Below are positions 28,456 to 38,774 of a stretch of DNA of 64,000 nucleotides, in pieces. Positions within the stretch are counted from its first letter, which is position 1, and each line of letters starts with the position of its first letter. The notes beneath the pieces were generated by a model, which saw only the letters and a program-made list of their open reading frames with translations, did no database searches and had not been told where the DNA came from. The translations under genes and the position numbers were made by a program. The stretch lies in contig CAXXKA010000008.1 of assembly GCA_963668625.2 (NCBI GenBank), positions 1,120,001 to 1,184,000 of the forward strand. Direction: 5' to 3'. This stretch comes from an uncultured candidate division Zixibacteria bacterium (lineage in GTDB: Bacteria; Zixibacteria; MSB-5A5; UBA10806; 4484-95).

Positions 28456-29340
28456 ATGATCTGGCTCGTTCTGGCATATTCGTTACTTGTTCTCGCGGGA
28501 GTGTTTTTACTGTATATGACATTCCGAACGGGAGACCGTCGCTATATATATCTTTCGGTTGCGTTCTACGTGATATTCCCCGTGATACTGACACTCGACC
28601 TTCCCACCGAGATATCGCCGGAGGTGCAGCAGCTTTACGATGCTGTCGAGGCGCTGCCGGATTCCTCCACGGTCATGCTTACTTTCGATTACTATCCCTC
28701 GACATTGGCCGAGACCGAACCGATGTCTCGGGCCGCTTTACATCATTTGTTCAGAAAACACTGCAAAGTTGTGACCGTTACCACTATACCGCTGGGTGGC
28801 CCCTCGATTGCCGAAAGGGTAACCCGTGAACTGGCGGATCAATACGGCAAAGTTTACGGTCTCGATTTCGTGAATTTAGGTTATAAGGCCAATTACGTGG
28901 CGGTGCTCAAAGGCATGGGCACCTCGATAGAGTCGATTTATCCTACCGATAATTCTGGTACCCTGCTACGAGATATTCCGATGATGGATGATATAAAAAA
29001 TTACGATGATATCGATTTCATTTACGTAGTCGCGGATAACGGTATAGTTGATTACTGGATGTCTATCGTGAACGCCCAGTACGAGATTGAGGTGGGCTCG
29101 GGCGTGACCGCGGTTATGGCGCCGAAATTTTTCGCCTATATCAACTCGGGTCAGATGACCGGTATGCTGGGTGGTATGAAAGGCGCCTCCGACTACGAGA
29201 AGCTGGTGGATAAACCGGCGCTGGCTACCAAAGGTATGGCGGCTCAATCGTTGGTGCACCTGTTTATTATCTTCTCGGTTATCGCCGGTAACGTGATATT
29301 TTTCACCGGCGGCAGGAAGAAAATGAGGACTATTAACTGA
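28456..29340 (+). CDS. Conserved membrane-anchored protein of the DUF6754 cluster
   Basis: FDYYPSTLAETEP, YGLDFVNLGY and GQMTGMLGGMKGASDYE. Confidence 0.75.
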   Translation: MIWLVLAYSLLVLAGVFLLYMTFRTGDRRYIYLSVAFYVIFPVILTLDLPTEISPEVQQLYDAVEALPDSSTVMLTFDYYPSTLAETEPMSRAALHHLFRKHCKVVTVTTIPLGGPSIAERVTRELADQYGKVYGLDFVNLGYKANYVAVLKGMGTSIESIYPTDNSGTLLRDIPMMDDIKNYDDIDFIYVVADNGIVDYWMSIVNAQYEIEVGSGVTAVMAPKFFAYINSGQMTGMLGGMKGASDYEKLVDKPALATKGMAAQSLVHLFIIFSVIAGNVIFFTGGRKKMRTIN

Positions 29341-29981
29341 TGGCGATCGTTGATTTCTTACAGATCTGGATTATCGCGTTTTTCACGCTTTCGCTGTTTT
29401 CGTTTTTGTATAAAGACAACGCGTTGTACAAATTCGCCGAACATATTTTCGCCGGTCTTTCGGCAGGTTACTATGTCGGCCTGATCTGGGAGTCGGTCAT
29501 CGTACAGCAGATGTACGAGCCGATGGTTCACAACGGCAAGTGGTGGCTTATATTCCCGGGCTTTTTGGGTTTGCTGATGTTTTCCCGGTTTACCAAAGGC
29601 TACCCCTGGGTGAGCCGTATCTCTCTGGCGTTCGTGATGGGAAACACGGCCGGGATATTCCTGCTTTCCGAGCTTCATGGAAAAGTGCTGCCGCAAATAC
29701 AATCGACTATGCTTTCGCTGAATTTCAACCAGGGATTCGGTGGCTGGTTATTCGCATTCATCGTTATCGTCGGTGTGATCTCCACGCTCATATTTTTCTA
29801 TTTCAGCAAAGAGCATAAAGGCGTGCTCGGGGGAGTTGCCAAAACCGGAATCTGGTTTATCATGATATCGTTCGGAGCGCATTTCGGCTATACCGTGATG
29901 GCGCGTATCTCACTTTTGATCGGCCGCGTACAATTTCTCATCGATGACTGGCTGGGCAGTATTTTTAATCTTTTCACATGA
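29340..29981 (+). CDS. Conserved membrane protein of the DUF6754 cluster
   Basis: TGATG overlap; SFLYKDNALYKFAEH and FGAHFGYTVMARISLLIGR. Confidence 0.75.
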   Translation: MAIVDFLQIWIIAFFTLSLFSFLYKDNALYKFAEHIFAGLSAGYYVGLIWESVIVQQMYEPMVHNGKWWLIFPGFLGLLMFSRFTKGYPWVSRISLAFVMGNTAGIFLLSELHGKVLPQIQSTMLSLNFNQGFGGWLFAFIVIVGVISTLIFFYFSKEHKGVLGGVAKTGIWFIMISFGAHFGYTVMARISLLIGRVQFLIDDWLGSIFNLFT

Positions 29982-30065
29982 GATTTTATTTATCCAACTA
30001 AATTATTCATAAAGATTATCGTTCCTGCTATGGGTTTTCTGCCCGTGCTGTGATGGTCTCTTTTC

Positions 30066-30238
30066 CCCGCTACGAAGCGGTGGTATTGATGCAAACCTAA
30101 AAAGCATTTACTACGAGTGGAGCGAAATAATCTGTCTATTCGGTGGTAATAACTCGTGGATTGCTTCGTCGATTTCGGCTCCCCGCAATGGCGCCGTAGG
30201 GGGCTTTCACTAAAATCCCGGCGCTTAGGACCCGGATA
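30066..30238 (+). repeat. REP/MITE-like intergenic element, copy 1
   Basis: Aligns by eye with the reverse complement of 58893-59068; identical core CGCAATGGCGCCGTAGG (30184-30200). Confidence 0.75.
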
Positions 30239-30318
30239 GTAGGCAGCGTTTCGGAACCGGATAGTTTGTTATTCATCTGAACTAGAGGTTGGCCCCGCAT
30301 ATTTATACCTCGATCAAA

Positions 30319-30345
30319 TAAATTTTAAAGCTTGTTTTCCGATAG
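30319..30345 (+). promoter_or_regulatory. Sigma28-like promoter upstream of the asmA-family gene
   Basis: TAAA-N15-TCCGATAG. Confidence 0.5.
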
Positions 30346-30414
30346 AAACTCGTATAATATTTTACCTGTGTGTTGGATAATTAATGTCTCTAAATATCAG
30401 GGAGAGGATAATCC

Positions 30415-32958
30415 ATGAAAAAAGTATTGATCATTGTTGGGATAATAATTGCCTTATTGATAATACTATTGTTTGTAGGGCCTATAATATTCAAACCTCA
30501 AATAGTCAAACTGGTGAAAGACCAGGCCGGCGAGCAAATGAACGCCAGCCTCGATTTCGAAGATGTCGGGATAAGCCTGTTCAAGAATTTCCCAAAACTT
30601 ACCGCTACGGTGGAAAAGCTGACTGTCATAAACAAAGCTCCGTTCGAAGGCGATACCCTGGTCTATCTACACGAATTCCAGGCCACGCTCGATTTGATGA
30701 GCCTGATCGGCGGGAATATCGAGATCCTCTCCATCCAGTTGATCGAGCCGCGTATAAATCTGGTGATGCTACCCGATAGCAGCGCCAACTGGGATATCGT
30801 ACCGCCCGATACAGCCGCGGTCCCGGCAGAGAAGGAGGAGGCGACTGCGTTTAGTATGGCCATACAACAGTACGAGATCAGCAACGCCTCTATCACCTAT
30901 ACTGATCAGTTGAACGACATGCAGGCTGATGTCAAAGGCTTGACACATGTCGGACAGGGTGATTTCAATCAAGCCATGTTCACCTTGACCACCAACACGC
31001 TAATAACAGGTGTTACGGTCAAGATGGCGGGAGTGCCGTATTTGAACGAGGCGGAAATCGATATCAAAGCAAATATCGAGATGGATATGGAAAACCTGAA
31101 GTATACGTTCAAGGAGAACGAGATCAGGCTAAATCAGCTTTTCCTCAATTTCGATGGCTGGGTAGCTACGCCGAACGAAAACGATATCGAAATGGATATA
31201 AATTTCGCCGCCAAGAAAGCCGAGTTCAAGAATATACTCTCTATGGTTCCGATGATATACATGAAAGATTTCGGCGAACTCGAGGCCGACGGCCAACTGG
31301 CTTTGCGGGGTAATATAAAAGGTAAATTCAACGAGCAGGTTTTCCCCTCGTTCGATATTAATTTGGGCGTGCAAAACGGACGATTCCAGTATCCCGAGCT
31401 GCCGACGCCGGTCGAGAACGTGTCTGTCAGTTTGAATATCAAGAATCCTAAAAACAACCTTGATGATACTATCGTGGATTTGAAGAAATTTCATCTGACC
31501 ATATTAAACGAGCCTATCGATTTCAAACTGATGGTGAAAACACCTATCTCCGATCCTTACATCGACGCTAATTTCACGGGCAAGGTCAATTTGGCCGAGG
31601 CAAAAAACGTGATGCCATTGGAACAGGAGATGGAGCTAAACGGAACTATCAATACCAATTTCCGTTTCCAGGGGCATATGTCCGATATCGAAGCGCGTCG
31701 CACCAATAAGCTTACGGCCACGGGCAGTATCGTTATATCGGATGTCAAATACTCAGCCGCCGATTTGCCGGTGCCGGTTGAGGTGCAGACCGTCGACCTG
31801 ACGATCACGCCGGCCAATGCCTCATTGAACAAATGTAAAGTTAAACTCGGTGATAGCGATATCTCCGCGCGAGGCGGACTGGATAATATCGTAGGCTTCG
31901 TCTTAAGCGATCAAACACTGAAAGGCACACTGAATGTCGATTCGAAATATCTAGATTTGAGCCCGTTTATGGTGGAGGATTCATCGGCAATGGCTGAAGC
32001 CGAGGCCGACACCCTGACATTGGCCGCGATAGAGATACCCGATAAGATCGAGTTTGTCATGATTGCCGATTTCAAGAAAGTGAAACTGGATAGTTTGGTG
32101 ATGACCGATACGAAAGGAAAAATCGAGATCAAAAATCAGATCGCCCGAATGATAAATGTTCGCAGTAACCTGGTTGGCGGCTCGATGGTGTCGAACGGCA
32201 CATATAAATACGTTTCGCCCGCGCCGCCGAAAATCGATTTCGATTTAAAAATCGATAAATTCTCGATTGCGGAGATGTATGCGACCTTCGTTACGGTTCA
32301 GCATATGGCGCCGCTCTCCAAATATATAAAGGGTACTATCGGTGGTTCAGCCGATATCAGCTCCGACCTGGGCGATTCGCTCATGCCGGTGCTGGAGACA
32401 CTGAACAGCCGAGGTAATTTAAAGATCGACAACGCTAAAATCGAGGGACTCGAGGGATTGAATAAGGTAGCGGAGCAACTGAAAATCAAGGAGTTGCGCG
32501 ATCCTGGCCTGACGAGCCTTCACCCCAGCTACGTGGTGCGTGATGGCAGGCTTTTTGTCGACCCGATGACATTCAAGGTCGGCGGTTATAACGCAACTGC
32601 CTCCGGCTCGAACGCGATTACCTACGATATGAACGGTGATCTCGATTACACTGTAGTGGTTGACGTGCCTTCCGATCAATTGGTTGGTTTTGCCGACAAT
32701 ATGAACTACGTGAAAGACTTGAACCTGAAAGAGCGTCTGAAAGGCAAGATCACGAAAGTACCGATTAAAGTTCGCGGCACCTCTAAAAAGCCGAGTTTCT
32801 CCCTGGATATGAATGCGGTGACCAAAACCATCACCGACCAGGTCGGGGAGATACTTAAAGAAGAGGCAGAGAAGAAAAAGAATGAGGTAATTGACAAAGC
32901 CAAGGATGAAGTCGGGAAGAAGCTGGAGGATGGCCTGAAGAAGCTGTTTGGAAATTAG
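30415..32958 (+). CDS. AsmA-family bridge-like lipid transfer protein
   Basis: N-terminal TM anchor, SLFKNFP, beta-rich repeats and C-terminal LKKLFG. Confidence 0.8.
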   Translation: MKKVLIIVGIIIALLIILLFVGPIIFKPQIVKLVKDQAGEQMNASLDFEDVGISLFKNFPKLTATVEKLTVINKAPFEGDTLVYLHEFQATLDLMSLIGGNIEILSIQLIEPRINLVMLPDSSANWDIVPPDTAAVPAEKEEATAFSMAIQQYEISNASITYTDQLNDMQADVKGLTHVGQGDFNQAMFTLTTNTLITGVTVKMAGVPYLNEAEIDIKANIEMDMENLKYTFKENEIRLNQLFLNFDGWVATPNENDIEMDINFAAKKAEFKNILSMVPMIYMKDFGELEADGQLALRGNIKGKFNEQVFPSFDINLGVQNGRFQYPELPTPVENVSVSLNIKNPKNNLDDTIVDLKKFHLTILNEPIDFKLMVKTPISDPYIDANFTGKVNLAEAKNVMPLEQEMELNGTINTNFRFQGHMSDIEARRTNKLTATGSIVISDVKYSAADLPVPVEVQTVDLTITPANASLNKCKVKLGDSDISARGGLDNIVGFVLSDQTLKGTLNVDSKYLDLSPFMVEDSSAMAEAEADTLTLAAIEIPDKIEFVMIADFKKVKLDSLVMTDTKGKIEIKNQIARMINVRSNLVGGSMVSNGTYKYVSPAPPKIDFDLKIDKFSIAEMYATFVTVQHMAPLSKYIKGTIGGSADISSDLGDSLMPVLETLNSRGNLKIDNAKIEGLEGLNKVAEQLKIKELRDPGLTSLHPSYVVRDGRLFVDPMTFKVGGYNATASGSNAITYDMNGDLDYTVVVDVPSDQLVGFADNMNYVKDLNLKERLKGKITKVPIKVRGTSKKPSFSLDMNAVTKTITDQVGEILKEEAEKKKNEVIDKAKDEVGKKLEDGLKKLFGN

Positions 32959-33061
32959 AATTTCTATTACCTATTTTAAAATTTCGACAAGGCAAAGCGA
33001 GCACATCCTCGAGAAGCGTTTAGGAATGAGAAATAGCGAGTAGAGGAACATGCAATTAAAG

Positions 33062-33093
33062 TAGGGACGTTCGATCGAATGTCCCTATTTTTT
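33062..33093 (+). terminator. Intrinsic terminator
   Basis: TAGGGACGTTCG-at-CGAATGTCCCTA followed by T6. Confidence 0.75.
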
Positions 33094-33167
33094 ACTATGT
33101 AAAAAAACGCCCGACTTACACCGGGCGGATTTGAAAATCATGAAACGGTCGGATATTTTCGGCCGTT

Positions 33168-35159
33168 CTATTTTTTGCCTTTTAGATATTTATCGAACCA
33201 GCTTCTTATCCAGTCCAAACGTGCCAGACGTCTATCCGCGCGACCGCATCTCGAGAGGCCGTGAGGTGAATCCGGGAACAGTACCAGTTCGGTCGTACGC
33301 CTTAGCTTTTTTAACGAGATATACAATTGCTCTCCCTGTTCCTGGGGGCAGCGAAGGTCTTTCTCGGAATGGATAATCAGCAGCGGAGTTTTAATCTTAT
33401 TGACATACTTGATCGGCGAGCGATCCCACCAGTGATCGGTGTCAGTCCAGGGCTTTCCTTTTATCTCCCTGTCCACCTCGAAACCGATATCCGATGACCC
33501 GAACATCGAGATGAAATTAGTAACCGAACGCTGGGTGACTGCCGCCTTGAAAAAGTTAGTGTGGCCGACAATCCAATTGGTCATGTAGCCGCCGTAACTG
33601 CCTCCGGTAACTCCCATCCTGTTTTTGTTGATATATTTCTGATCGGCCATGTGCCTGGCGAAAGACATGCAATCATCATAGTCGAGCGTACCCCAGTTAT
33701 CGACAATACATTCGGCGTGAGCTTTGCCGTAACCCTGCCCGCCCCTGGGATTGCAGTAGTAAACCACGTATCCCTGTGCCGCCAGGTATTGCATCTCGTG
33801 GAAGAAACTGTTACCGTACTGGACTCTCGGGCCGCCATGAATTTCTAAAATAGAGGGATAGCTTTTGGTTTGTTTGAAATCCGGAGGTTTTAAAATCCAA
33901 CCGTGAATAGGGTAACCATCATGACCGGCAACTATAACCTCCTGCGGTTTCGAGATATAAATCTCTTTCAGCAGCTCATCGTTGAGGTTGGTTAACTGGC
34001 GAGGCTTGGCTCGTCCGCTCAAGCCTGAAATGAATACCTCGGCCGGATTAGTATGATCGGCTTTAGCGAACGCGACACTTGCTTTCGAACCTTGCATCGA
34101 TATTCCCATTATATGCATCTTACCGCTTATGACATTTTTCAACCTGCCGCCGCCGGCGGGGATCTCAGCCATTATCGTGTTGCCGGAATCCGAATAGAGG
34201 AAATAAATCTTTTTGCCATCTTTCGACCATACCGGAGCAGGCGCACCGAATCCCTCGGCCGTATCCGATATTGTAAGGTTCTCCACCATACGATCGAATT
34301 TCGGCATCAGGTCTAAAGCCTTACCACCCGATACCGGTGTTTTCCAAACGCGGTGGGGGGCGACACCCCAGGGATCGTTAACATCATCATGACCTACATA
34401 AGCGATATAGCGGCTGTCCGGCGAAACCGACATCGACTCGACCGGGCCATCGGGCTTGCTTAGTTGACGGCCTCTGCCGCCTTTAATCGTGGTGACGAAT
34501 ATGCCATCGAAGAGGGGATCTTTATCCTGGTCGGGTTTGATATTCGTTGCGTAGGCGATACGCCGGCTATCGGGAAACCAAATCGGCGAGCGCTCACCGT
34601 TTTTACCTTTAGTGAGTTGTTTGCCTTCGCCGGTCAGTATATCGAAAATGAATATATGGCCGTTATCTTTCGGCAGGTAACCCGAGTTATCCAGCTTGTA
34701 AAACATCCTGGTAATGTGCCGGAATACCGGTTCCTCTTTTTTGCCGTCCTTGTCTTTCGGAACATCATCCGCTTGCTTGAAAACGCAGAGAATATGTTTG
34801 CTATCGGGCGAGATAGAGATATCGGAGAAACTACCGTCCTTATCTACCAGTAAAGTAGCCTCTCCACCATTCGCGGACATCCGGTAAAGGCCCTTTTTTT
34901 CACCTCGTTTGGAGATGAACACGATCCATTGACCATCGGGTGAGAACACCGGTTTGGAGTCTTTCACCTCGCCGAAAGTGAACTGGCGAAGATTTTTGCC
35001 GTCGGTATTTACCATATGGATATGCGAGTAATATTTTGTTTTATCCTCCGAGACCACCTCTACGGTGAACATGACCTTAGTCTCATCCGGAGACATACAC
35101 ACCGAGCGAACGAACTTTAACTTCAGCAAATCCTCGGCGGTTATTTTACGTTTTTTCAT
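33168..35159 (-). CDS. S9 family acylaminoacyl/oligopeptidase
   Basis: Beta-propeller SPD repeats, IHGGP, GGSYGG, DLRC and H of the catalytic triad. Confidence 0.92.
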   Translation of the reverse strand: MKKRKITAEDLLKLKFVRSVCMSPDETKVMFTVEVVSEDKTKYYSHIHMVNTDGKNLRQFTFGEVKDSKPVFSPDGQWIVFISKRGEKKGLYRMSANGGEATLLVDKDGSFSDISISPDSKHILCVFKQADDVPKDKDGKKEEPVFRHITRMFYKLDNSGYLPKDNGHIFIFDILTGEGKQLTKGKNGERSPIWFPDSRRIAYATNIKPDQDKDPLFDGIFVTTIKGGRGRQLSKPDGPVESMSVSPDSRYIAYVGHDDVNDPWGVAPHRVWKTPVSGGKALDLMPKFDRMVENLTISDTAEGFGAPAPVWSKDGKKIYFLYSDSGNTIMAEIPAGGGRLKNVISGKMHIMGISMQGSKASVAFAKADHTNPAEVFISGLSGRAKPRQLTNLNDELLKEIYISKPQEVIVAGHDGYPIHGWILKPPDFKQTKSYPSILEIHGGPRVQYGNSFFHEMQYLAAQGYVVYYCNPRGGQGYGKAHAECIVDNWGTLDYDDCMSFARHMADQKYINKNRMGVTGGSYGGYMTNWIVGHTNFFKAAVTQRSVTNFISMFGSSDIGFEVDREIKGKPWTDTDHWWDRSPIKYVNKIKTPLLIIHSEKDLRCPQEQGEQLYISLKKLRRTTELVLFPDSPHGLSRCGRADRRLARLDWIRSWFDKYLKGKK

Positions 35160-35319
35160 TTTAACTCCTTATCCGAAAAATCATAATGTCCAATGTATAG
35201 TAATCCTATCCCATATTCCTGGAATAAGCAAGCAGTCATTTATATGTATATGAAACGATGTTAAGAATCTCTTAGTTTCAAAAGGGATGGTGAATAGCAG
35301 TCAATAATATATGCTCCAA

Positions 35320-35637
35320 CTAATACTCTATCACCTCCCGGATATCCTGGCGAACGAAAAAGTAGGGAAGCGTACCGGGTTCCAGGCCTCTATCAGGGGT
35401 TATCACGATGAACGATTTGTGTTCGAATATAGCGATAATTTTTTCGGTAGGAGTATCTTTTTCCAGCATCCCGCACCAGCCATCCACCTCGACATATAAA
35501 GGTGGCTGCCAGTGAAAGGCCGAGTTGATCTTGAGCGCTTTTATTTTCTTTTCACGAATCGATAACTTGAGATCTCTCTCGAGCCGCGTTTTCAATTCGG
35601 CGTATTTTTCATCGTTAAGCATAGAATAGACTGTCAA
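35320..35637 (-). CDS. Hypothetical protein
   Basis: 105-codon ORF filling the gap downstream of citF; no recognised motif. Confidence 0.5.
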   Translation of the reverse strand: MTVYSMLNDEKYAELKTRLERDLKLSIREKKIKALKINSAFHWQPPLYVEVDGWCGMLEKDTPTEKIIAIFEHKSFIVITPDRGLEPGTLPYFFVRQDIREVIEY

Positions 35638-35699
35638 AAGTATTGTGGCCGGTCGAGAAGCTATAACTTTCCCGGCAAGCCCCGCAATTTATCATCCCG

Positions 35700-37262
35700 T
35701 TATTTTGCCGGTTTCTTGATCGTATCCAGTAAAGTGCCGTCACGCCATTCTATGACATGAACTACCTCATCGGTGGTTTCCGTCATCGGCGGGATCGTGC
35801 CGAACTCCTCGGCTTTAGCTTTTGATTTCTGCTGTAGCTCGGCGATAGAGATAAGTTTCAAACCTTGTTTGGCCGCATTCTCGACAATCGCTTCCTTATA
35901 ACTGCTCCGGCTATGAGGATTGATAGCCGCGTACTCCTCCGTTACTACGGCATCGACTACCTCTCCGGGCGTGGTGCGAGTATAAACTTTTTCCACTACC
36001 TTGGGGAATCCCTTGCCGTTTTTGCCTGTCGCCAGCGGCAGGAATATCACGGTGAGATCGGCTCCGGCGGCAACATCCTGGCCACCACCTATACCGCCTA
36101 TAATGCGACCGTTGGCGCAGACCGTGTTCAAGTTGAAATCAAGATCGACCTCCAGCGCCGAGAGCACCGCCAGGTCGAGCATATTAACGGCTGATTCTTT
36201 ATTGGCCACCGAGGCATAATACGCCGTGGTTATCTCGTGATGGTTGGGATTGACTCGCAGGGATTCGATCACTTTGGGGCTGGGCTCGAACAGTTGGCCG
36301 TGCATCAACTGCGAAAGCGTACCCTCGTCGAGCATATCGACATGCATTGAAGTTACGCCGCCTATCGAGAAGTTGGCCCTGATATTCTGCTCTTTCAACA
36401 TGCGCCTGATATTGTCCAGAACCAGCAAACCCGCGCCTGAGCCTACCTGGAACGCGAACTGATCTTTAACCACACCCGAGGCGTTAATCAAATTCGTGAT
36501 ATTGTCGGCTACCTGCGCATTGAACGGATTGCCTTTAGCTTTGGAGATATCCAATGTGCCCGAACCGATTCCGGAGTTCAACCCTGGATCATCGACCTGA
36601 ACCACGAAATCTACCTGCTCCATCGAAATAGGCGTAGGCATAATCAGTTTATCACTGACGGTACCCGCGAGCAGACAAACGTACTCGGCATATTCGGCAT
36701 CCGCTGAAAACAGTCCGACTGGGCCACATAGATGCTCGGGTTTACCCATCACGCCGTTCGAGTTTCCGTGTATGTCAGAAATAGGTACGGGGCCGAACGC
36801 GACCTTGATATTAACCTCGCCGGTTTGGAGCTTGCGCACCCGGTTACCATGCGATACACCTACCGATACCCATGGCAGAAGCTCTCCCTCAAGTATGTAC
36901 TTGCCCAGTCCCCGGTAGGGATTGCCATAAATACCTTTGATTACACCATCTTTTATCGCCTCGATAAGCCAGGGATCGACATTGTCGAAAAAAGCGTTAC
37001 CGTAGATATTTATATCATGTTTGCCTGTCCGGCGAAGTTTATCAATCACCATTTTCAGGCCGTTATCTCCCAGGCGGTAGTAATGAGGATAGGAAATCGT
37101 GTCGCCGTCATTTATGACACTCATCACCTCATCCAGCGAGACTACTTTATTTTTGCGCCGAGGAATAGTCGGAGTGATAGTTCTACCGACCAGCCTGCCG
37201 CTATAGGTCTTGTCGTTAAAAGCTTTGTCGAAAAGTTCGTATTTTTTACCATTAAATTCCAT
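35700..37262 (-). CDS. citF: Citrate lyase alpha subunit-like CoA/ACP transferase
   Basis: DGDTISYPHYYRLGD, SHGNRVR, LSALEVDLDFNLN, GGGQDVAAGA, TTPGEVVD and IEWRDGTLLD; GGAGG SD before ATG37262. Confidence 0.8.
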   Translation of the reverse strand: MEFNGKKYELFDKAFNDKTYSGRLVGRTITPTIPRRKNKVVSLDEVMSVINDGDTISYPHYYRLGDNGLKMVIDKLRRTGKHDINIYGNAFFDNVDPWLIEAIKDGVIKGIYGNPYRGLGKYILEGELLPWVSVGVSHGNRVRKLQTGEVNIKVAFGPVPISDIHGNSNGVMGKPEHLCGPVGLFSADAEYAEYVCLLAGTVSDKLIMPTPISMEQVDFVVQVDDPGLNSGIGSGTLDISKAKGNPFNAQVADNITNLINASGVVKDQFAFQVGSGAGLLVLDNIRRMLKEQNIRANFSIGGVTSMHVDMLDEGTLSQLMHGQLFEPSPKVIESLRVNPNHHEITTAYYASVANKESAVNMLDLAVLSALEVDLDFNLNTVCANGRIIGGIGGGQDVAAGADLTVIFLPLATGKNGKGFPKVVEKVYTRTTPGEVVDAVVTEEYAAINPHSRSSYKEAIVENAAKQGLKLISIAELQQKSKAKAEEFGTIPPMTETTDEVVHVIEWRDGTLLDTIKKPAK

Positions 37263-37439
37263 TGGTGCGTCCTCCATTCTAATCTTGCACAATTTAGTGA
37301 TGGCCGGGCGAAAGTCAAGAATTCCCGTAGTTTGGCTTGATTGTAGTTGACATCGCCGGAATATTTCGCAAAATTTACATTCGATACGATTAAACCGGCT
37401 GATGATGTATTAAATCGTTTTTAAGCTAAGGGAGGAATT

Positions 37440-38771
37440 ATGAAAATCAGAAATTATAAAAGTATCATTTTGTTTATTTTTCTTATTGCCATTGCCGCTA
37501 TTTTCGCCTGTGGTGATGATGATTCGCCGACTGAAACCACCAATCATCCACCTTATCAACCTTATTCACCATCCCCGATTAACGGCTCATCCAATCGATC
37601 GGTAGACTCCGATCTTTCCTGGTCTTGCGAAGATCCTGATGAGAATCCGTTGACTTATACGCTTTATTTCAGCGAGACAGAAACGCTTAATGTTCTATTA
37701 GCCGATCTCGATACCGCATTTTATGCCCTGGGTACGCTGGAAAATAATGAATCGTACTACTGGAAAGTCGTAGCCTATGATAATCAGGGTGATTCCACCG
37801 AAGGCGCAATCTGGAGTTTTAGCACCGCCCCCGGTTCCAACAGCGCTCCGAATACACCCGGTAATCCATCTCCGGCCGGTGGGGCGACCGGTCAGGCAAC
37901 TAATGTCAATTTGTCCTGGTCGTGCACCGATCCTGATTACGGCGATTATTTGAATTACAATATTTATTTCGATACCGCTACTGTACCATCGATTGCCGCT
38001 ACCGCGTTATCCTCGGCAAGCTATGATCCCGGAGAATTATTGCCCTCGACCTGGTACAGGTGGCGGGTGGTGGCCTATGATAATTATAATGATTCCACCT
38101 CGGGGCCCGTATGGAGTTTCCAGACAGGTGGCGAGGCCGAGGGTGTGTTTGCCGCAATGGCCATTGCCAGAACGATTGTCCCGGTTGATGATAATGGCTT
38201 TTTCCGTATGGATGAGATAGTTGCCCGATTCGACAGCGCCTATGCTCCCTGCGATCCCATAACACCGCTTGAGGCGGAAGATGTCAGCTGTAACGAGTAT
38301 TTGCTTTCCTGGAATGCGGCCTTGGGATTGCATAAGTATTCCGATATGGTCAATTTCTCGTTTTTGGATTTGGGTGAGAGTTATACATTCGAAATAAGCG
38401 GTTCCATCATAGTACCCGCCCTGACTGATTCGATCGATTTCCCCGATACCGAGACATATATCACCTCACCGGAGTTAAACGATACTCTTTCCATTAACGG
38501 TTTTACCGTAAGCTGGGCCGGCGTCGGTACGGATTCTGTTTATATTATGCTTCTTTCCGGGGATGATACCACCGCTGTTTCGGTACTTACAGATAATGAC
38601 GGTAGTCATACTTTTTCCGGTGATGATCTGGAATCTCTGGGTGGTCAGGCCGGCGAGTATGGGCTCATGCTCATTTACCAGAAAGAGAATTTGATCGATG
38701 CTACCGGATATGATTCCAGAAGTTATATCTGGGCCAGGATAATTAACGTAGTAACCGTTCGTTTACAGTAG
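37440..38771 (+). CDS. Lipoprotein with two FN3-like repeats
   Basis: Lipobox IFAC; repeated LSWSC-DPD...Y-W-VVAYD...W-F-T. Confidence 0.75.
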   Translation: MKIRNYKSIILFIFLIAIAAIFACGDDDSPTETTNHPPYQPYSPSPINGSSNRSVDSDLSWSCEDPDENPLTYTLYFSETETLNVLLADLDTAFYALGTLENNESYYWKVVAYDNQGDSTEGAIWSFSTAPGSNSAPNTPGNPSPAGGATGQATNVNLSWSCTDPDYGDYLNYNIYFDTATVPSIAATALSSASYDPGELLPSTWYRWRVVAYDNYNDSTSGPVWSFQTGGEAEGVFAAMAIARTIVPVDDNGFFRMDEIVARFDSAYAPCDPITPLEAEDVSCNEYLLSWNAALGLHKYSDMVNFSFLDLGESYTFEISGSIIVPALTDSIDFPDTETYITSPELNDTLSINGFTVSWAGVGTDSVYIMLLSGDDTTAVSVLTDNDGSHTFSGDDLESLGGQAGEYGLMLIYQKENLIDATGYDSRSYIWARIINVVTVRLQ

Positions 38772-38774
38772 GAA

